From IMG/VR virus record IMGVR_UViG_3300048912_000255, positions 1 through 59,389 of that record: 59,389 nt of DNA. The stretch is one strand, 5' to 3'. The position numbers were made by a program, and so were the translations under genes. The notes beneath the pieces are model-generated. The model was not told the DNA's origin, did no database searches, and worked only from the letters and a program-made list of their open reading frames with translations. Source of the DNA: a virus. Each line of letters opens with the position of its first letter. Within the stretch, counting starts at the first letter, position 1. Below, piece by piece: positions 46,876-56,176 of this stretch.

Positions 46876-49113
46876 TTAGCTGGCAGCCTCGTAAGTGATG
46901 CTCCACATGAGGCGGACGTTGCTGTCGGTGCCGGAGGGGAAGGAATTGCTGACGTTGGAGAACTGGGAGATGCTGGCGGTTCCCTTGACCACGAAGCCGG
47001 CGGTCGAGGCACCCGAGGGAATCTCGCAGACACCCACGTACTCATTGTCACCGAGGTGAACGAAGTTGGCGCTACCGACCGTGGTGATGCTGTTGGCCGC
47101 TGCGGCGGTGGGCAGGGACATGCTCCAGACTCCAGTTCCGCCGTTGGTGGTCGATCCGCAGGTCAGGTAGCCGATCCACGTGATCATGCGACCGACTCGG
47201 CAGTACCGGCTGACCAGCGTACCGTTACCGAGAGTCGGGTTGGTGGTCGTGGCCGTCCAGGTCGGTGTGTGGGCGGTCCAGGCGCCGGTGTTCTGGTTGG
47301 TCGCCCCGAGGAAGTTGGCTCCGATGGTGAAGGAGTCATCGGTCTTGAGCGAGTCCAGGCCCAGGCGGTACAGGTTCGTATCCACCGACGCATTACCGGG
47401 GCCCCACTCCATGAGACCAGCAGCGGTCATCTGCCAGTGGTTTGCCGTGTCACCAGTAGCTCGGGTCGAGATCGCGCTGCCGCCGGCGCTGCTTCGGTTG
47501 GCTCGAAGTGCTGCATCGACCGTGCCCAGGACGTTGGCGCTGATTCGACCGAACCCGCCATCAGAAACCGCATTGCCCGGGCCCCACGACATCAGGCCAT
47601 CCGAGTTGATGTCCAGGCGGTTGACCGTGTCGCCCGTCACCTTGATGGCGAAGGTCGATGTGGCCGCTGCATCGTTGGTGATAACCTCAGCACCACGGAC
47701 GATCAGGGAAGCAGCTGCGTTGTTGAACAGCCGGAAGTTGCCGCCCTCGGCCTGTACGTCGATGACGTTGGCCGCGCCATTGTTCACGCACTGTATCTCA
47801 TTGTTATCGAGACGCAGGTTGATGCCGGAGGTGGCACCCATCTGAAGTGCGTGGCCGGTCGAAGTGAGGGTAACGTCGGTCGTGTTGTTGATCAGCAGCT
47901 GACCATTGGTGGTGAGCTGGTTGATCCCACCTCGGAACAGTACCGTGTCAGCTGCGGTCGTTGCCGGACCCCAGTTCATGGTGCCATCCGACTGCACGTA
48001 GAACCGGGCGTTGGTGTCGCCGGTGACCTTGGTGCTGAAGCTGAAGTCGCCAGTCGTGGCTCGGTACACCCTCAGACCAGTGGAGTTCAGCGTAAGAACC
48101 CCGGTGGCCTCTCGGAAGAGGGTAGCATCCACCGCAGCATTACCGGGACCCCACGACATGGTGCCGTCGCCGAGGATCTGGAATCGGCGGTTGGTATCGC
48201 CGGTCAGCTGTACGCCGAGCATGAGGTCGCCAGCCGTGGCCAGCGCCCAGCTCTTGGCCCCGGTGTACGTCTGCGCCCCGTCAGTGTAACCCTTGTTCGC
48301 CGCATCACCGCTCGTGCTCGGTGTGGGAACCGAGGGGCTCGAGCTGAAGGTCTTGATGCCGGCGACGGTCTGGTTACCGGTGAGGGCCACACCGGCGTGG
48401 GTGTGATCCGATCGCGCGGGCTGGGTCGAGGTACCCACCGCACCCGCGTTGGCGATGGCAACCGGTGTTGTGGCCGACCAGTCGTACTGACTCGCTGTCA
48501 GGTGGCTGCTGGAGTCCAGAGAAGCAACCCCAGAAGCTGCCCCCTTTTGGGTCGTGGCAATGTACGTTCCGCTGAGGTCAGGCAGCTGTGCCGCAGGCAC
48601 ATGCGTCGTGCCATCCAGCGTAGCCACGCCGTTTGCGGCACCCCTCTGAGTGAGCGGTACGGCGCCGACGTCGGCCGAGCTGAGCGTGATGCTGATGGCG
48701 CTGTAGCCATTGACGCTCTGGACGATCCCCGGCGGACCCTGAGGGCCAACCACCGGCAGATAGGTGGGCGCCGCATCGGTCGGGGTGATGTCGGACAGCT
48801 CGATGGTGGCGACGGTGTACGGCAGGAGGATCTGGTAAGTGCGCGGGCGCTCACCGATGATCTTCTCGGTAACCGTGTAGGTCCATCCAGTCGGGTTCTG
48901 ATTCGCCGTGTCCGTGGCGATCAGGGCGATGGTGAACTCACCATTGGAGTCAAGTGTGGCCGTCTCAGTGCCCAGGACGATGATGTTCTGGTCGGGAAAG
49001 GCGATCGGTGCCGGCGAAGGGGTGAACGTGACAGTACCCTGCCGCGGAGTGCCAGCGGAGTTCGGCTCCAGGTACTTGCCATGCACGTTGACTACGGGCA
49101 GGGGAGTAGGCAT
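46876..49113 (-). CDS. Tail fibre / receptor-binding protein with four internal repeats
   Basis: Collagen-like GPQGPPG and an SDHTHA motif. Four TGDTxxR...DG(T/L)MxWGPG(N/A)...D..L(F/Y)R units at aa 304-335, 364-395, 493-524 and 553-584. Confidence 0.7.
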   Translation of the reverse strand: MPTPLPVVNVHGKYLEPNSAGTPRQGTVTFTPSPAPIAFPDQNIIVLGTETATLDSNGEFTIALIATDTANQNPTGWTYTVTEKIIGERPRTYQILLPYTVATIELSDITPTDAAPTYLPVVGPQGPPGIVQSVNGYSAISITLSSADVGAVPLTQRGAANGVATLDGTTHVPAAQLPDLSGTYIATTQKGAASGVASLDSSSHLTASQYDWSATTPVAIANAGAVGTSTQPARSDHTHAGVALTGNQTVAGIKTFSSSPSVPTPSTSGDAANKGYTDGAQTYTGAKSWALATAGDLMLGVQLTGDTNRRFQILGDGTMSWGPGNAAVDATLFREATGVLTLNSTGLRVYRATTGDFSFSTKVTGDTNARFYVQSDGTMNWGPATTAADTVLFRGGINQLTTNGQLLINNTTDVTLTSTGHALQMGATSGINLRLDNNEIQCVNNGAANVIDVQAEGGNFRLFNNAAASLIVRGAEVITNDAAATSTFAIKVTGDTVNRLDINSDGLMSWGPGNAVSDGGFGRISANVLGTVDAALRANRSSAGGSAISTRATGDTANHWQMTAAGLMEWGPGNASVDTNLYRLGLDSLKTDDSFTIGANFLGATNQNTGAWTAHTPTWTATTTNPTLGNGTLVSRYCRVGRMITWIGYLTCGSTTNGGTGVWSMSLPTAAAANSITTVGSANFVHLGDNEYVGVCEIPSGASTAGFVVKGTASISQFSNVSNSFPSGTDSNVRLMWSITYEAAS

Positions 49114-49184
49114 GGTTCTCTCTTTCTACAAGAAGAGGGTGTGGAGGCCGACCACCCAGCGACCTCCACACCCAGCCCTTGATG

Positions 49185-49946
49185 TTACCGAGTGATCGGC
49201 CGGTGGAGCATGGCGTACTTCGTCTTCGGGCCGAACTTGCCGTCGGCCTCCAGCGGCCAGCCGTGGGCGGTGCTGTCGCGCTGGAACTGCCGGCAGATGG
49301 ACTCGGACTGGTCGCCGTACTCGCCGTCCTTGACCAGGCTCTTCCAGCCGCGCACGTCGTGCATGTAGCGCTGGAACTCGTAGACGTCGGCGCCCTCGCA
49401 GTAGTTCACGAGAACCCGGTCGATCGAGTGCTGGAGGGGCGGCAGTGCCGAGTTCTGAGGCGGCGGTGGCGGAGGCGTCTGCTGACTGTAGTTCGGCCGG
49501 CCGTAGCCCACGATCTCGTTGGCGGTGCGGACTCGGCGGGCGCAGACGTCGAGGGTGTTGAAGCCGATGGTCAGCACCAGATCGCCCTGGCGACCGGTGA
49601 CGTACTCGACGTGGTCGATGTTGACGATCCGGCCGAGGCCGGGCCCCTCCATCTGCCAGTCCATGAAGACGATGTCACCTTCACGGCAGCCGTCGATGCC
49701 GTAGGTCCACTGGCCGTGGTTCTTGAAGGTCTGAGCGTGGGCCGGGGTGTAAGCCTGGTCCTGACCGAAACAGACCGCGTCGTACTCGCCGGCGTCCACC
49801 GAGGCTCGGGTGATACCGGCGTCGCACCAGGCGAAGTTGCCCGAGTAGTCGGCGCCGTTGCGGTCCTTGTACCAGGACTGGATGATGTTGGGCTCGCCGG
49901 TGCCCAGCCAGTTCACGCAGGCGTCGGTCATGGTCTTGATCGTCAT
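49185..49946 (-). CDS. Endolysin: CHAP/NlpC-type N-terminal domain plus a PG_binding_1-like C-terminal domain
   Basis: FAWCDAG (Cys) and NIDHVEYV (His), a poly-Pro linker, and a C-terminal DGKFGPKTKYAM. Confidence 0.8.
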   Translation of the reverse strand: MTIKTMTDACVNWLGTGEPNIIQSWYKDRNGADYSGNFAWCDAGITRASVDAGEYDAVCFGQDQAYTPAHAQTFKNHGQWTYGIDGCREGDIVFMDWQMEGPGLGRIVNIDHVEYVTGRQGDLVLTIGFNTLDVCARRVRTANEIVGYGRPNYSQQTPPPPPPQNSALPPLQHSIDRVLVNYCEGADVYEFQRYMHDVRGWKSLVKDGEYGDQSESICRQFQRDSTAHGWPLEADGKFGPKTKYAMLHRPITR

Positions 49947-50110
49947 TCAGTCACCTCCTGGGCGCCGTAGATGCCCTGCTCGTTGGCCGGCCCGAAGATC
50001 GAAGCCAGGATCTCGGCCTCGTTCGGCACCCGCGGGCCGTTGTCGGTCTCACGGATGATGCTCGCGACGTAGTCCGTCGGGATGTTGGGCTCGTCAGTCT
50101 CGGAAGTCAT
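49943..50110 (-). CDS. Small acidic protein (55 aa)
   Basis: Own translation MTSETDEPNIPTDYVASIIRETDNGPRVPNEAEILASIFGPANEQGIYGAQEVTE; ATGA overlap with the endolysin start. Confidence 0.35.
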   Translation of the reverse strand: MTSETDEPNIPTDYVASIIRETDNGPRVPNEAEILASIFGPANEQGIYGAQEVTE

Positions 50111-50444
50111 AGAGCTCGATGTCCTCCTGTTCGGTGTAGCGCTTGCGGCGGATGACCTGCTTACTCCACACCCTGATGGTGAAGATGAGGAAGCAGAAGC
50201 CGTTGGCGATCATGACCGCGGCCTGCACGAAGCGAAGCCAGTCGACCCCGGCGGAGAAGCCGAAGACGGTCATGGTCAGGGTCAGGGAGCAGGTGATGGT
50301 TATGGTCACCCCGAAGACCATCATCAGTCTGCCGTCGGTCGACCTGTACCACTTGGCGAGGACGGCATAGCTCAGGATGAAAAGCGAGCCCATGCCGGCA
50401 ACCCAAGCAGAGGCCGCCCCGTTGGCCATCTGTCCAGGTGTCAT
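50094..50444 (-). CDS. Holin candidate (three predicted TM helices, charged C-terminus)
   Basis: AASAWVAGMGSLFILSYAVLA, LMMVFGVTITITCSLTLTMTVFGF, LRFVQAAVMIANGFCFLIFTI, then KQVIRRKRYTEQED. Confidence 0.55.
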   Translation of the reverse strand: MTPGQMANGAASAWVAGMGSLFILSYAVLAKWYRSTDGRLMMVFGVTITITCSLTLTMTVFGFSAGVDWLRFVQAAVMIANGFCFLIFTIRVWSKQVIRRKRYTEQEDIELYDFRD

Positions 50445-50680
50445 GGTTGATCCCCCATTACTGCGATTCGGATCATCTCGGCGAAGTGATTCTCCCGCCG
50501 GATGCTTGCCAAGCGAGCGGCCACGTCCTCTACTTGTGGCCGCTGCGCCTGAGCTTCGTTGAGTCTCCCCTTGGCGGCAATGGCCTCAGCCTTCGCCGTC
50601 TGGCATTCCTGGCTGCGCGTCGGCTTAGTGAGCGAAACCGAGGCGCCCCCCCTCTTCTTACGCCGAGGAAGCAGTCTCAT
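50441..50680 (-). CDS. Hypothetical basic protein (79 aa)
   Basis: ORF track; 4-nt overlap downstream. Confidence 0.4.
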   Translation of the reverse strand: MRLLPRRKKRGGASVSLTKPTRSQECQTAKAEAIAAKGRLNEAQAQRPQVEDVAARLASIRRENHFAEMIRIAVMGDQP

Positions 50681-50966
50681 GTCTCATCTCGTCCTTTCGG
50701 GCAACCTGAGAGAGGCTAGTCAGCACATGTTCTGCAGTGCTGGCCACCTCCATGAGGGTCGTGACTTGGGAGGCGAGTTCATCCCCCCGATTCACTTCCC
50801 TACCGTGCGCGGTTCTCCAGTACTCGATCTGAGCATCCTTGTCCCTCATCCGATCCTCGTGGGTCTGACGAGGGATGAGCCCGCCCCTCATGATCAAGAG
50901 GACGAAGATAGCGAGAATGCTACCGGCACCCAGCGAGCCTACGGGCAGGGTGGAAATGAGATCCAC
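50658..50966 (-). CDS. Membrane protein with an N-terminal TM helix and a coiled coil (lysis accessory candidate)
   Basis: LGAGSILAIFVLLIMRGGLI followed by a charged helical region. Confidence 0.45.
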   Translation of the reverse strand: MDLISTLPVGSLGAGSILAIFVLLIMRGGLIPRQTHEDRMRDKDAQIEYWRTAHGREVNRGDELASQVTTLMEVASTAEHVLTSLSQVARKDEMRHETASSA

Positions 50967-51001
50967 GGATTCTCCCCTGTTGACCCCTGCCTAGGTCAGA
51001 G

Positions 51002-51196
51002 TCAGTCTTCAGCATCGTTGAGCGAGTCCAGCTCCCCCTGGACGCGCTTCAGTTCGGCCTGGGTGGTGGCGAGCTCGGTGCCCAACTGGCTGACCGCGGC
51101 CGTCAGGAGTACGTTCTCGGCCGTCATGGCCTCGTTCTTCTCCTTCCAGACCTGGTTGACGATGTTCGGGTCGACCTGCAGCGAGTTGTTGGACAT
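51002..51196 (-). CDS. Small coiled-coil protein (64 aa)
   Basis: ORF track. Confidence 0.45.
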   Translation of the reverse strand: MSNNSLQVDPNIVNQVWKEKNEAMTAENVLLTAAVSQLGTELATTQAELKRVQGELDSLNDAED

Positions 51197-51251
51197 CGGG
51201 GAGTACCTCCTGGGCTATGGGTTGAGCAATTACGATCATATCGCCGCAGAT

Positions 51252-51923
51252 TTAGCTTTCGGGTGCTCCCTCAGCACTCGCATTCTTGTTCGACCTGGCG
51301 ATCTCTAGTTTGATCTGCTTGCTCTGTTCGACGATGGAAGGATCGAAAAGCCTGGGCTTAACCACCCTCGCCGGCATGACCTCCAGCCCCATCTTGGCAC
51401 GCTGGATGAAAACTGCCATGCGCTTCTCTGCAACTCGATCGTCATCGGGCAGCCAGTCGATGATGGCCTGAAGCATGCTGGCGGGTTCGTTGGAGCTCTT
51501 CCGCAGCGTCCGTGCGAGCTCGGAAGCCCCCACCTGGGCGACCTGTTGCTTCACCCTTGCCACTCGATCTCGATGCGCCTTGAGAGCATCGCCCTTCGTC
51601 GGCGCGTTGTAAAGGTGAACCTCCTCGGCTCGCTCCGATACCATCATCAGCCGACCGTTGATCGTCTTGGGCTTAGGCGGCGTGATCTGAGGGTTGAGCC
51701 TGGCTATGAACGGCTCGTGGAGCACGATGTCGAGGATGTCGGCTCGACCTTCAGGTGTGGTGTGATCGAGGTCATACTCGGCCGCTCGCCACTCGATGGT
51801 GGAGTTAGGGAAGTAGTGACGCTTGAAGTCCTTGTCACCTTGTCGCTGACGATCTACCGCCCAAACCTCCTGGCCGGAGATCAGGTGCTGCTCAACCTTG
51901 AGGATGTTCCACTGATCGGGCAT
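51252..51923 (-). CDS. Hypothetical protein (223 aa)
   Basis: ORF track; downstream of the Tal-like gene. Confidence 0.55.
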   Translation of the reverse strand: MPDQWNILKVEQHLISGQEVWAVDRQRQGDKDFKRHYFPNSTIEWRAAEYDLDHTTPEGRADILDIVLHEPFIARLNPQITPPKPKTINGRLMMVSERAEEVHLYNAPTKGDALKAHRDRVARVKQQVAQVGASELARTLRKSSNEPASMLQAIIDWLPDDDRVAEKRMAVFIQRAKMGLEVMPARVVKPRLFDPSIVEQSKQIKLEIARSNKNASAEGAPES

Positions 51924-51933
51924 CTTGGTGCTC

Positions 51934-54900
51934 CTAGTTCATTCGGTAGGTCCACGGAATCCAGGCCCCGGTCGACCCACCATCGGCATCGAAGTCATAC
52001 CCAGTGGCGCTACCGTTGCCCACCTTCCACTTGAAGAAGGTAGTGTCATCGTACATGGTGCCACCCGGAGCCATGTTACCGTTCATGGTGGCACCATAGC
52101 CAACGCTTATGCCGCTAGCCCCGCCCAAGAACAGGATGCCTGTGTGGAGCCCCTCATTGAACTGCAGTGAAACGTAGGCCGCGAATCGACCGATGATCCG
52201 CATTTCACCGTTGGCACCGTTCATGTACCAGTGGACATCGTTCGCATCCGTGGAGGAGTTGAACCCGATCTCGGCGTAGTTCTTGTGGATGTCGGCGTAG
52301 CCACCCTGACTGGTCCCGCTAAGCTGATGGTTGATGTAGACATTGTCGATTCCGATGTCTATTCCACCACCCCATTGAGCCTGGGTGTCAGACCGGATAA
52401 GCTCGACCGTAGCTACCGTGTCGGTCATGTAGTTACGGAACTGGCATGTCTGTCCGTTGGCCGTGAACTGACCGGTGTTCACACCCATGAACGATACGGT
52501 GCCGCTGCCGCTCGCGATGGAGTTGATGAACGCATAGTTGGAACCGGTGGTCGGGTAAAACCTCAGCTCGGGTAGGAAGGTAGAGGTGGGGTTGACCTCG
52601 ACCCTTCGGCCGCTGACTCCCGACTTCAGTGTACCGATGATGGTTACCGAGCCATCGCTGGATGCGATGTTTACCGTCTGGGTACCGCCAGAGTTGTAAG
52701 CCGCGATCCCGGCAGAGTTCAGTTCAACTCGTGCGCCCGTGTCGGATGTCTTGATACGAGCACCAACTACGATGTCCGCACCAAGTGTACCGGTGGTCAG
52801 CTTGCCGACCGAGAGATCCGAGATCTTTGCGTTGTTGACCGCCAGGTTAGCGATCTTGGCATTCGTGACCGCGAGATCGGCAACCAGCAGAGTGTCGACC
52901 TGGCGACGGATCTCAACTGCGTCGGTCCACACCAGGCCGGCGGTGAGCGCGATGTTGGCGAGGTAGACCTCGAAGGCCACGGCATTAGTCGGAGCGATGA
53001 CCGAAGTACCCGCCACCCGACTATGCCAGGCGTTGTCGACCGTCGTGTTCCAGTTGTTGGCGAGCTGGTAGTAAACGTTGTTGGGAATACCAGTGTTGTC
53101 GATGTAGTTGCCGGCGGCGTTGAGCCACTTCACCACGACAGCCACGAAGGCGGTCACTGGCACCGAGGTGTTCGACTTGAAATCCGCCGCGCCGAAGATG
53201 CGCTCCCCCGGCTTGACCGGCAGAGCCGACTGAAGCAGCAGCAGTTCGTCGGCACCTGTGTAGCTGGTCGACTTCACCGACCAAGTGCCCACCGAAGCCG
53301 TCGTGTTGTCGAAGCTGAAGTGGGTACCCGTCATCGCTACTGTGCGAACGCCTCGGAGCTGCTGGTTCTCGAAGTTGCCGTCGTCGACCAGGTTGCCCAC
53401 GTCGCTGAATCTGGTGTTCGAGAGACCGACCTCGCCGGTGCCGATCTCTACATTCACCAGGGCCGAGAGTACGACATGGCTAGTCGAAGTCTCATCCGAG
53501 GCGGCGCCCCTGTTACCCGAGGTGTCAACTGGCACCAATCGAACCCAGTACTCAGTACCATAGCTGAGACCGGCCGTGATCGTGGTTGCGATCTTCGAGG
53601 AACCGACGAGGTAATCCCTCAGCGTCGAGGTGTCCGGGGTGAAGGTACCATTCGGCCCGACATGGACTTCCACACCAGCCAGGTCGGCGTCCATGGCGCC
53701 ACCCGTGCTGTTTAGGCCATCCCAGACTACTCGCAGAGTACCCACGTTGGATGTGACGACGGGCGAGGAAGTTTTCGCCGGCGCGGTCGTGTCACCTGCC
53801 GTTGTGTGACTCTGGAGAGCAGAGTAACCGCTCGATCGGCCGTACCGGTCGTGGGCCTCGACCTGGAGGCGGATGCTGCTGTTCGGGTTGATGTCGTCGA
53901 AGTAAACGATGCTTGTGTTGGCATCGGTACCTCGAATGACCCGCCAGAGATCAGCCGCATCAGACGCGTATCGCCACCTGGCCGTGTAGCCTTCCAGGTC
54001 GCTAAGCGTGGTACCATCGCTGTTGGTCGTGACATCCGACCAGTTGAACGTGACTACCGCCCGAGCCTGATTGCCCACGATGTAGTAGTTGCTGGTGATC
54101 GAGAACCCGGTCGGCACCGCCGGCGCCTTGCCGTCATCCTCCTGCTCGGATGCGCCACCCGAAGTCGTACCGTTGTCAAGCTCGGTCAGCTTACGGTTGA
54201 GCTTGGTGATACGCTCATCGATCAGCTGGTTCAGCGTGACAGAGCCGGTGACCGCGCCCTTGTCATCGACCGAGACAACCCACTGCTTGATACGATAGCG
54301 CTCGAAGCCTCGACCTACATCACTCAGTCCCCAGTCGCCCACGGTGAAGTCGGTGATCGGCTTGGGGTTGTTGTCGGTTTCGTAGTGCAGGCCGTGGGTT
54401 ACTTCGAGCCTCGGGGTCTTCAGCGTCTCGATGACCGTGTCGCCGATCACATCAAGAACCCCAGGGGTCTCCACGTTGTTGACCGAGTAGGACAGCTCAC
54501 GTCGGCCCCACTGAGTAAGTGATCCGCTGTCGGCCACTCGCTCGACGTAGGAATTGTTCTTGCCGGCAACGAGCACGACGGTAGACAGTTCGCGTGTCGA
54601 GCTCTTCCGAGGCGACTCGCTCATGTCTCGGCCCTTGACGAACCTCAGGGGAGTGGCCCCGATGCTCTTGTCAGTGCCCAACGTATCCGGGTTGTAAGCC
54701 CGCAGAACTCGGGCCTGCATGGTTACCTCGACCGCACCGTTCTTGTACAGGTTGTCCACCACGTCGAGGTAGGTGGTACCGGCGTCGTACTCGATGTCGA
54801 GGCTGTTGGCCCAGGGTTGACCTGCCGAGTCGAGCGTGTCCGTGAAGTCGTAAGAGAGCCAGAGAAGCGAGCCCCGGGTGTGCGCCTTCGTGATAAGGTC

Positions 54901-55302
54901 GCCAAGTATCTCGCCCGGAGTTGCAGTCTGGTACTCCTGCTTCGGGGGGTTCGTCTCAGTCGGCCAGAGCTGGGGATAGACAATCGCCTGATCCAGTCGA
55001 CCCAGCAGCGTGCGGCAGGTGAAGGTCCACACCGAGCCATTGCTTTGGTCGGTGGCGTCGTTGCCCTCCGTACTTTCGACCACGCATCGCAGCTCGGGTA
55101 CCTCGACCCCGTTGAGGCAGATGGCGAGCTCGAGGTCATCCTGCAGCAGACTGAAGTTGACACCGTTCTCCGGGTACTTGACCTGGATCGTGCCGGCAGC
55201 CGAGAACACCGGCGAGATGTCGATACCTTGGAAGTCGGGCAGGAACTGGTTCAGCGCCCCGCCGGAGGTGACCGTCCGCAGAGTAAAGATCGGGATCGTC
55301 AT
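51934..55302 (-). CDS. Tail-associated (Tal-like) minor tail protein with FN3-like repeats
   Basis: 1122 aa directly after Dit. The central region looks like FN3 (APAVPTGFSITS...FNWSDV...GYTARWRY). Confidence 0.7.
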   Translation of the reverse strand: MTIPIFTLRTVTSGGALNQFLPDFQGIDISPVFSAAGTIQVKYPENGVNFSLLQDDLELAICLNGVEVPELRCVVESTEGNDATDQSNGSVWTFTCRTLLGRLDQAIVYPQLWPTETNPPKQEYQTATPGEILGDLITKAHTRGSLLWLSYDFTDTLDSAGQPWANSLDIEYDAGTTYLDVVDNLYKNGAVEVTMQARVLRAYNPDTLGTDKSIGATPLRFVKGRDMSESPRKSSTRELSTVVLVAGKNNSYVERVADSGSLTQWGRRELSYSVNNVETPGVLDVIGDTVIETLKTPRLEVTHGLHYETDNNPKPITDFTVGDWGLSDVGRGFERYRIKQWVVSVDDKGAVTGSVTLNQLIDERITKLNRKLTELDNGTTSGGASEQEDDGKAPAVPTGFSITSNYYIVGNQARAVVTFNWSDVTTNSDGTTLSDLEGYTARWRYASDAADLWRVIRGTDANTSIVYFDDINPNSSIRLQVEAHDRYGRSSGYSALQSHTTAGDTTAPAKTSSPVVTSNVGTLRVVWDGLNSTGGAMDADLAGVEVHVGPNGTFTPDTSTLRDYLVGSSKIATTITAGLSYGTEYWVRLVPVDTSGNRGAASDETSTSHVVLSALVNVEIGTGEVGLSNTRFSDVGNLVDDGNFENQQLRGVRTVAMTGTHFSFDNTTASVGTWSVKSTSYTGADELLLLQSALPVKPGERIFGAADFKSNTSVPVTAFVAVVVKWLNAAGNYIDNTGIPNNVYYQLANNWNTTVDNAWHSRVAGTSVIAPTNAVAFEVYLANIALTAGLVWTDAVEIRRQVDTLLVADLAVTNAKIANLAVNNAKISDLSVGKLTTGTLGADIVVGARIKTSDTGARVELNSAGIAAYNSGGTQTVNIASSDGSVTIIGTLKSGVSGRRVEVNPTSTFLPELRFYPTTGSNYAFINSIASGSGTVSFMGVNTGQFTANGQTCQFRNYMTDTVATVELIRSDTQAQWGGGIDIGIDNVYINHQLSGTSQGGYADIHKNYAEIGFNSSTDANDVHWYMNGANGEMRIIGRFAAYVSLQFNEGLHTGILFLGGASGISVGYGATMNGNMAPGGTMYDDTTFFKWKVGNGSATGYDFDADGGSTGAWIPWTYRMN

Positions 55303-55303
55303 G

Positions 55304-56176
55304 TCAGCCCACCAGGTACTTACGTCGGGCGGTCAGGTTGACCTTGGTCGCCCCGGTGGTCGACGATGCGGTAATCTTGAGCCCTGGTGACTGTCCCGCC
55401 GGCGCAGCCACGATGGTAAGCCACCGTGCGCCACCGACGTGACTGAAGTTCGCATAGTTCGGCGTGAACCCACCCCCGCCGGTCAGAGTCCAGTTGCCGC
55501 AGTCCACGGTGAGCGTCTGGCTGCCCGGGATCGTGCCGCTGTACTGGAACCAGTTCGGCGTGGCCAACGAGGCCCCATTGTACAGGGCTTCGACCTTGGG
55601 GTTAGTAGCCGGGCCCGTGATGGTGAATACTCCGTCCTCCAACGGAGCCGTCATGCCATCGAGCCCGGCCACCTGACCGTTCTGTGTGGGAAGCATGTCG
55701 ATGGAGTTGACGATAGTATCTTCCCAGAACACCCCAGGCACCCTCATGGCTACCGAGAACTTGCCGAGCGGCATGTCTCCGGACTTCTCCACCACCGAGA
55801 AGTCGATGACCTCGGTTACCTCGGCCATGACTCGCCGACTCGTCGTATCGGGTAGGGTGTGGACCACCTCGAGCATCCCATCGCCCGGTCGGAAGAGGCG
55901 GCTCAGCGCGTCCAGGTTAGAGTAGAACTCCCGCCGGGCCGTGGTAGTAACGAGGCCGTCGTCGTTGCACCCCCTCACCCACATCGGCAGCACGATGACC
56001 CCCTCGTCGTAGAACTTCTGAGAGGTACGGAGTGTGCCATGTCGGCCCGGCACCGAAACATTCTCGGTTCGGAGATTGCCTACCTTGAGACGCCCAGTCA
56101 AGGCCTCGATGTTCTTGGCCAGGGTGTTGAGTACCACCCCATTGACGGCGAGGGTCTCGGCAGTTGTGACTGTCAT
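55304..56176 (-). CDS. Distal tail protein (Dit-like)
   Basis: 290 aa; the start overlaps the tape-measure stop by 1 nt; canonical position. Confidence 0.7.
   Translation of the reverse strand: MTVTTAETLAVNGVVLNTLAKNIEALTGRLKVGNLRTENVSVPGRHGTLRTSQKFYDEGVIVLPMWVRGCNDDGLVTTTARREFYSNLDALSRLFRPGDGMLEVVHTLPDTTSRRVMAEVTEVIDFSVVEKSGDMPLGKFSVAMRVPGVFWEDTIVNSIDMLPTQNGQVAGLDGMTAPLEDGVFTITGPATNPKVEALYNGASLATPNWFQYSGTIPGSQTLTVDCGNWTLTGGGGFTPNYANFSHVGGARWLTIVAAPAGQSPGLKITASSTTGATKVNLTARRKYLVG

Noticed and set aside
46665-47051. 128-aa minus-strand ORF spanning the convergent intergenic region
   Set aside because: It overlaps two terminator hairpins and the 3' end of the fibre gene. It has no RBS.
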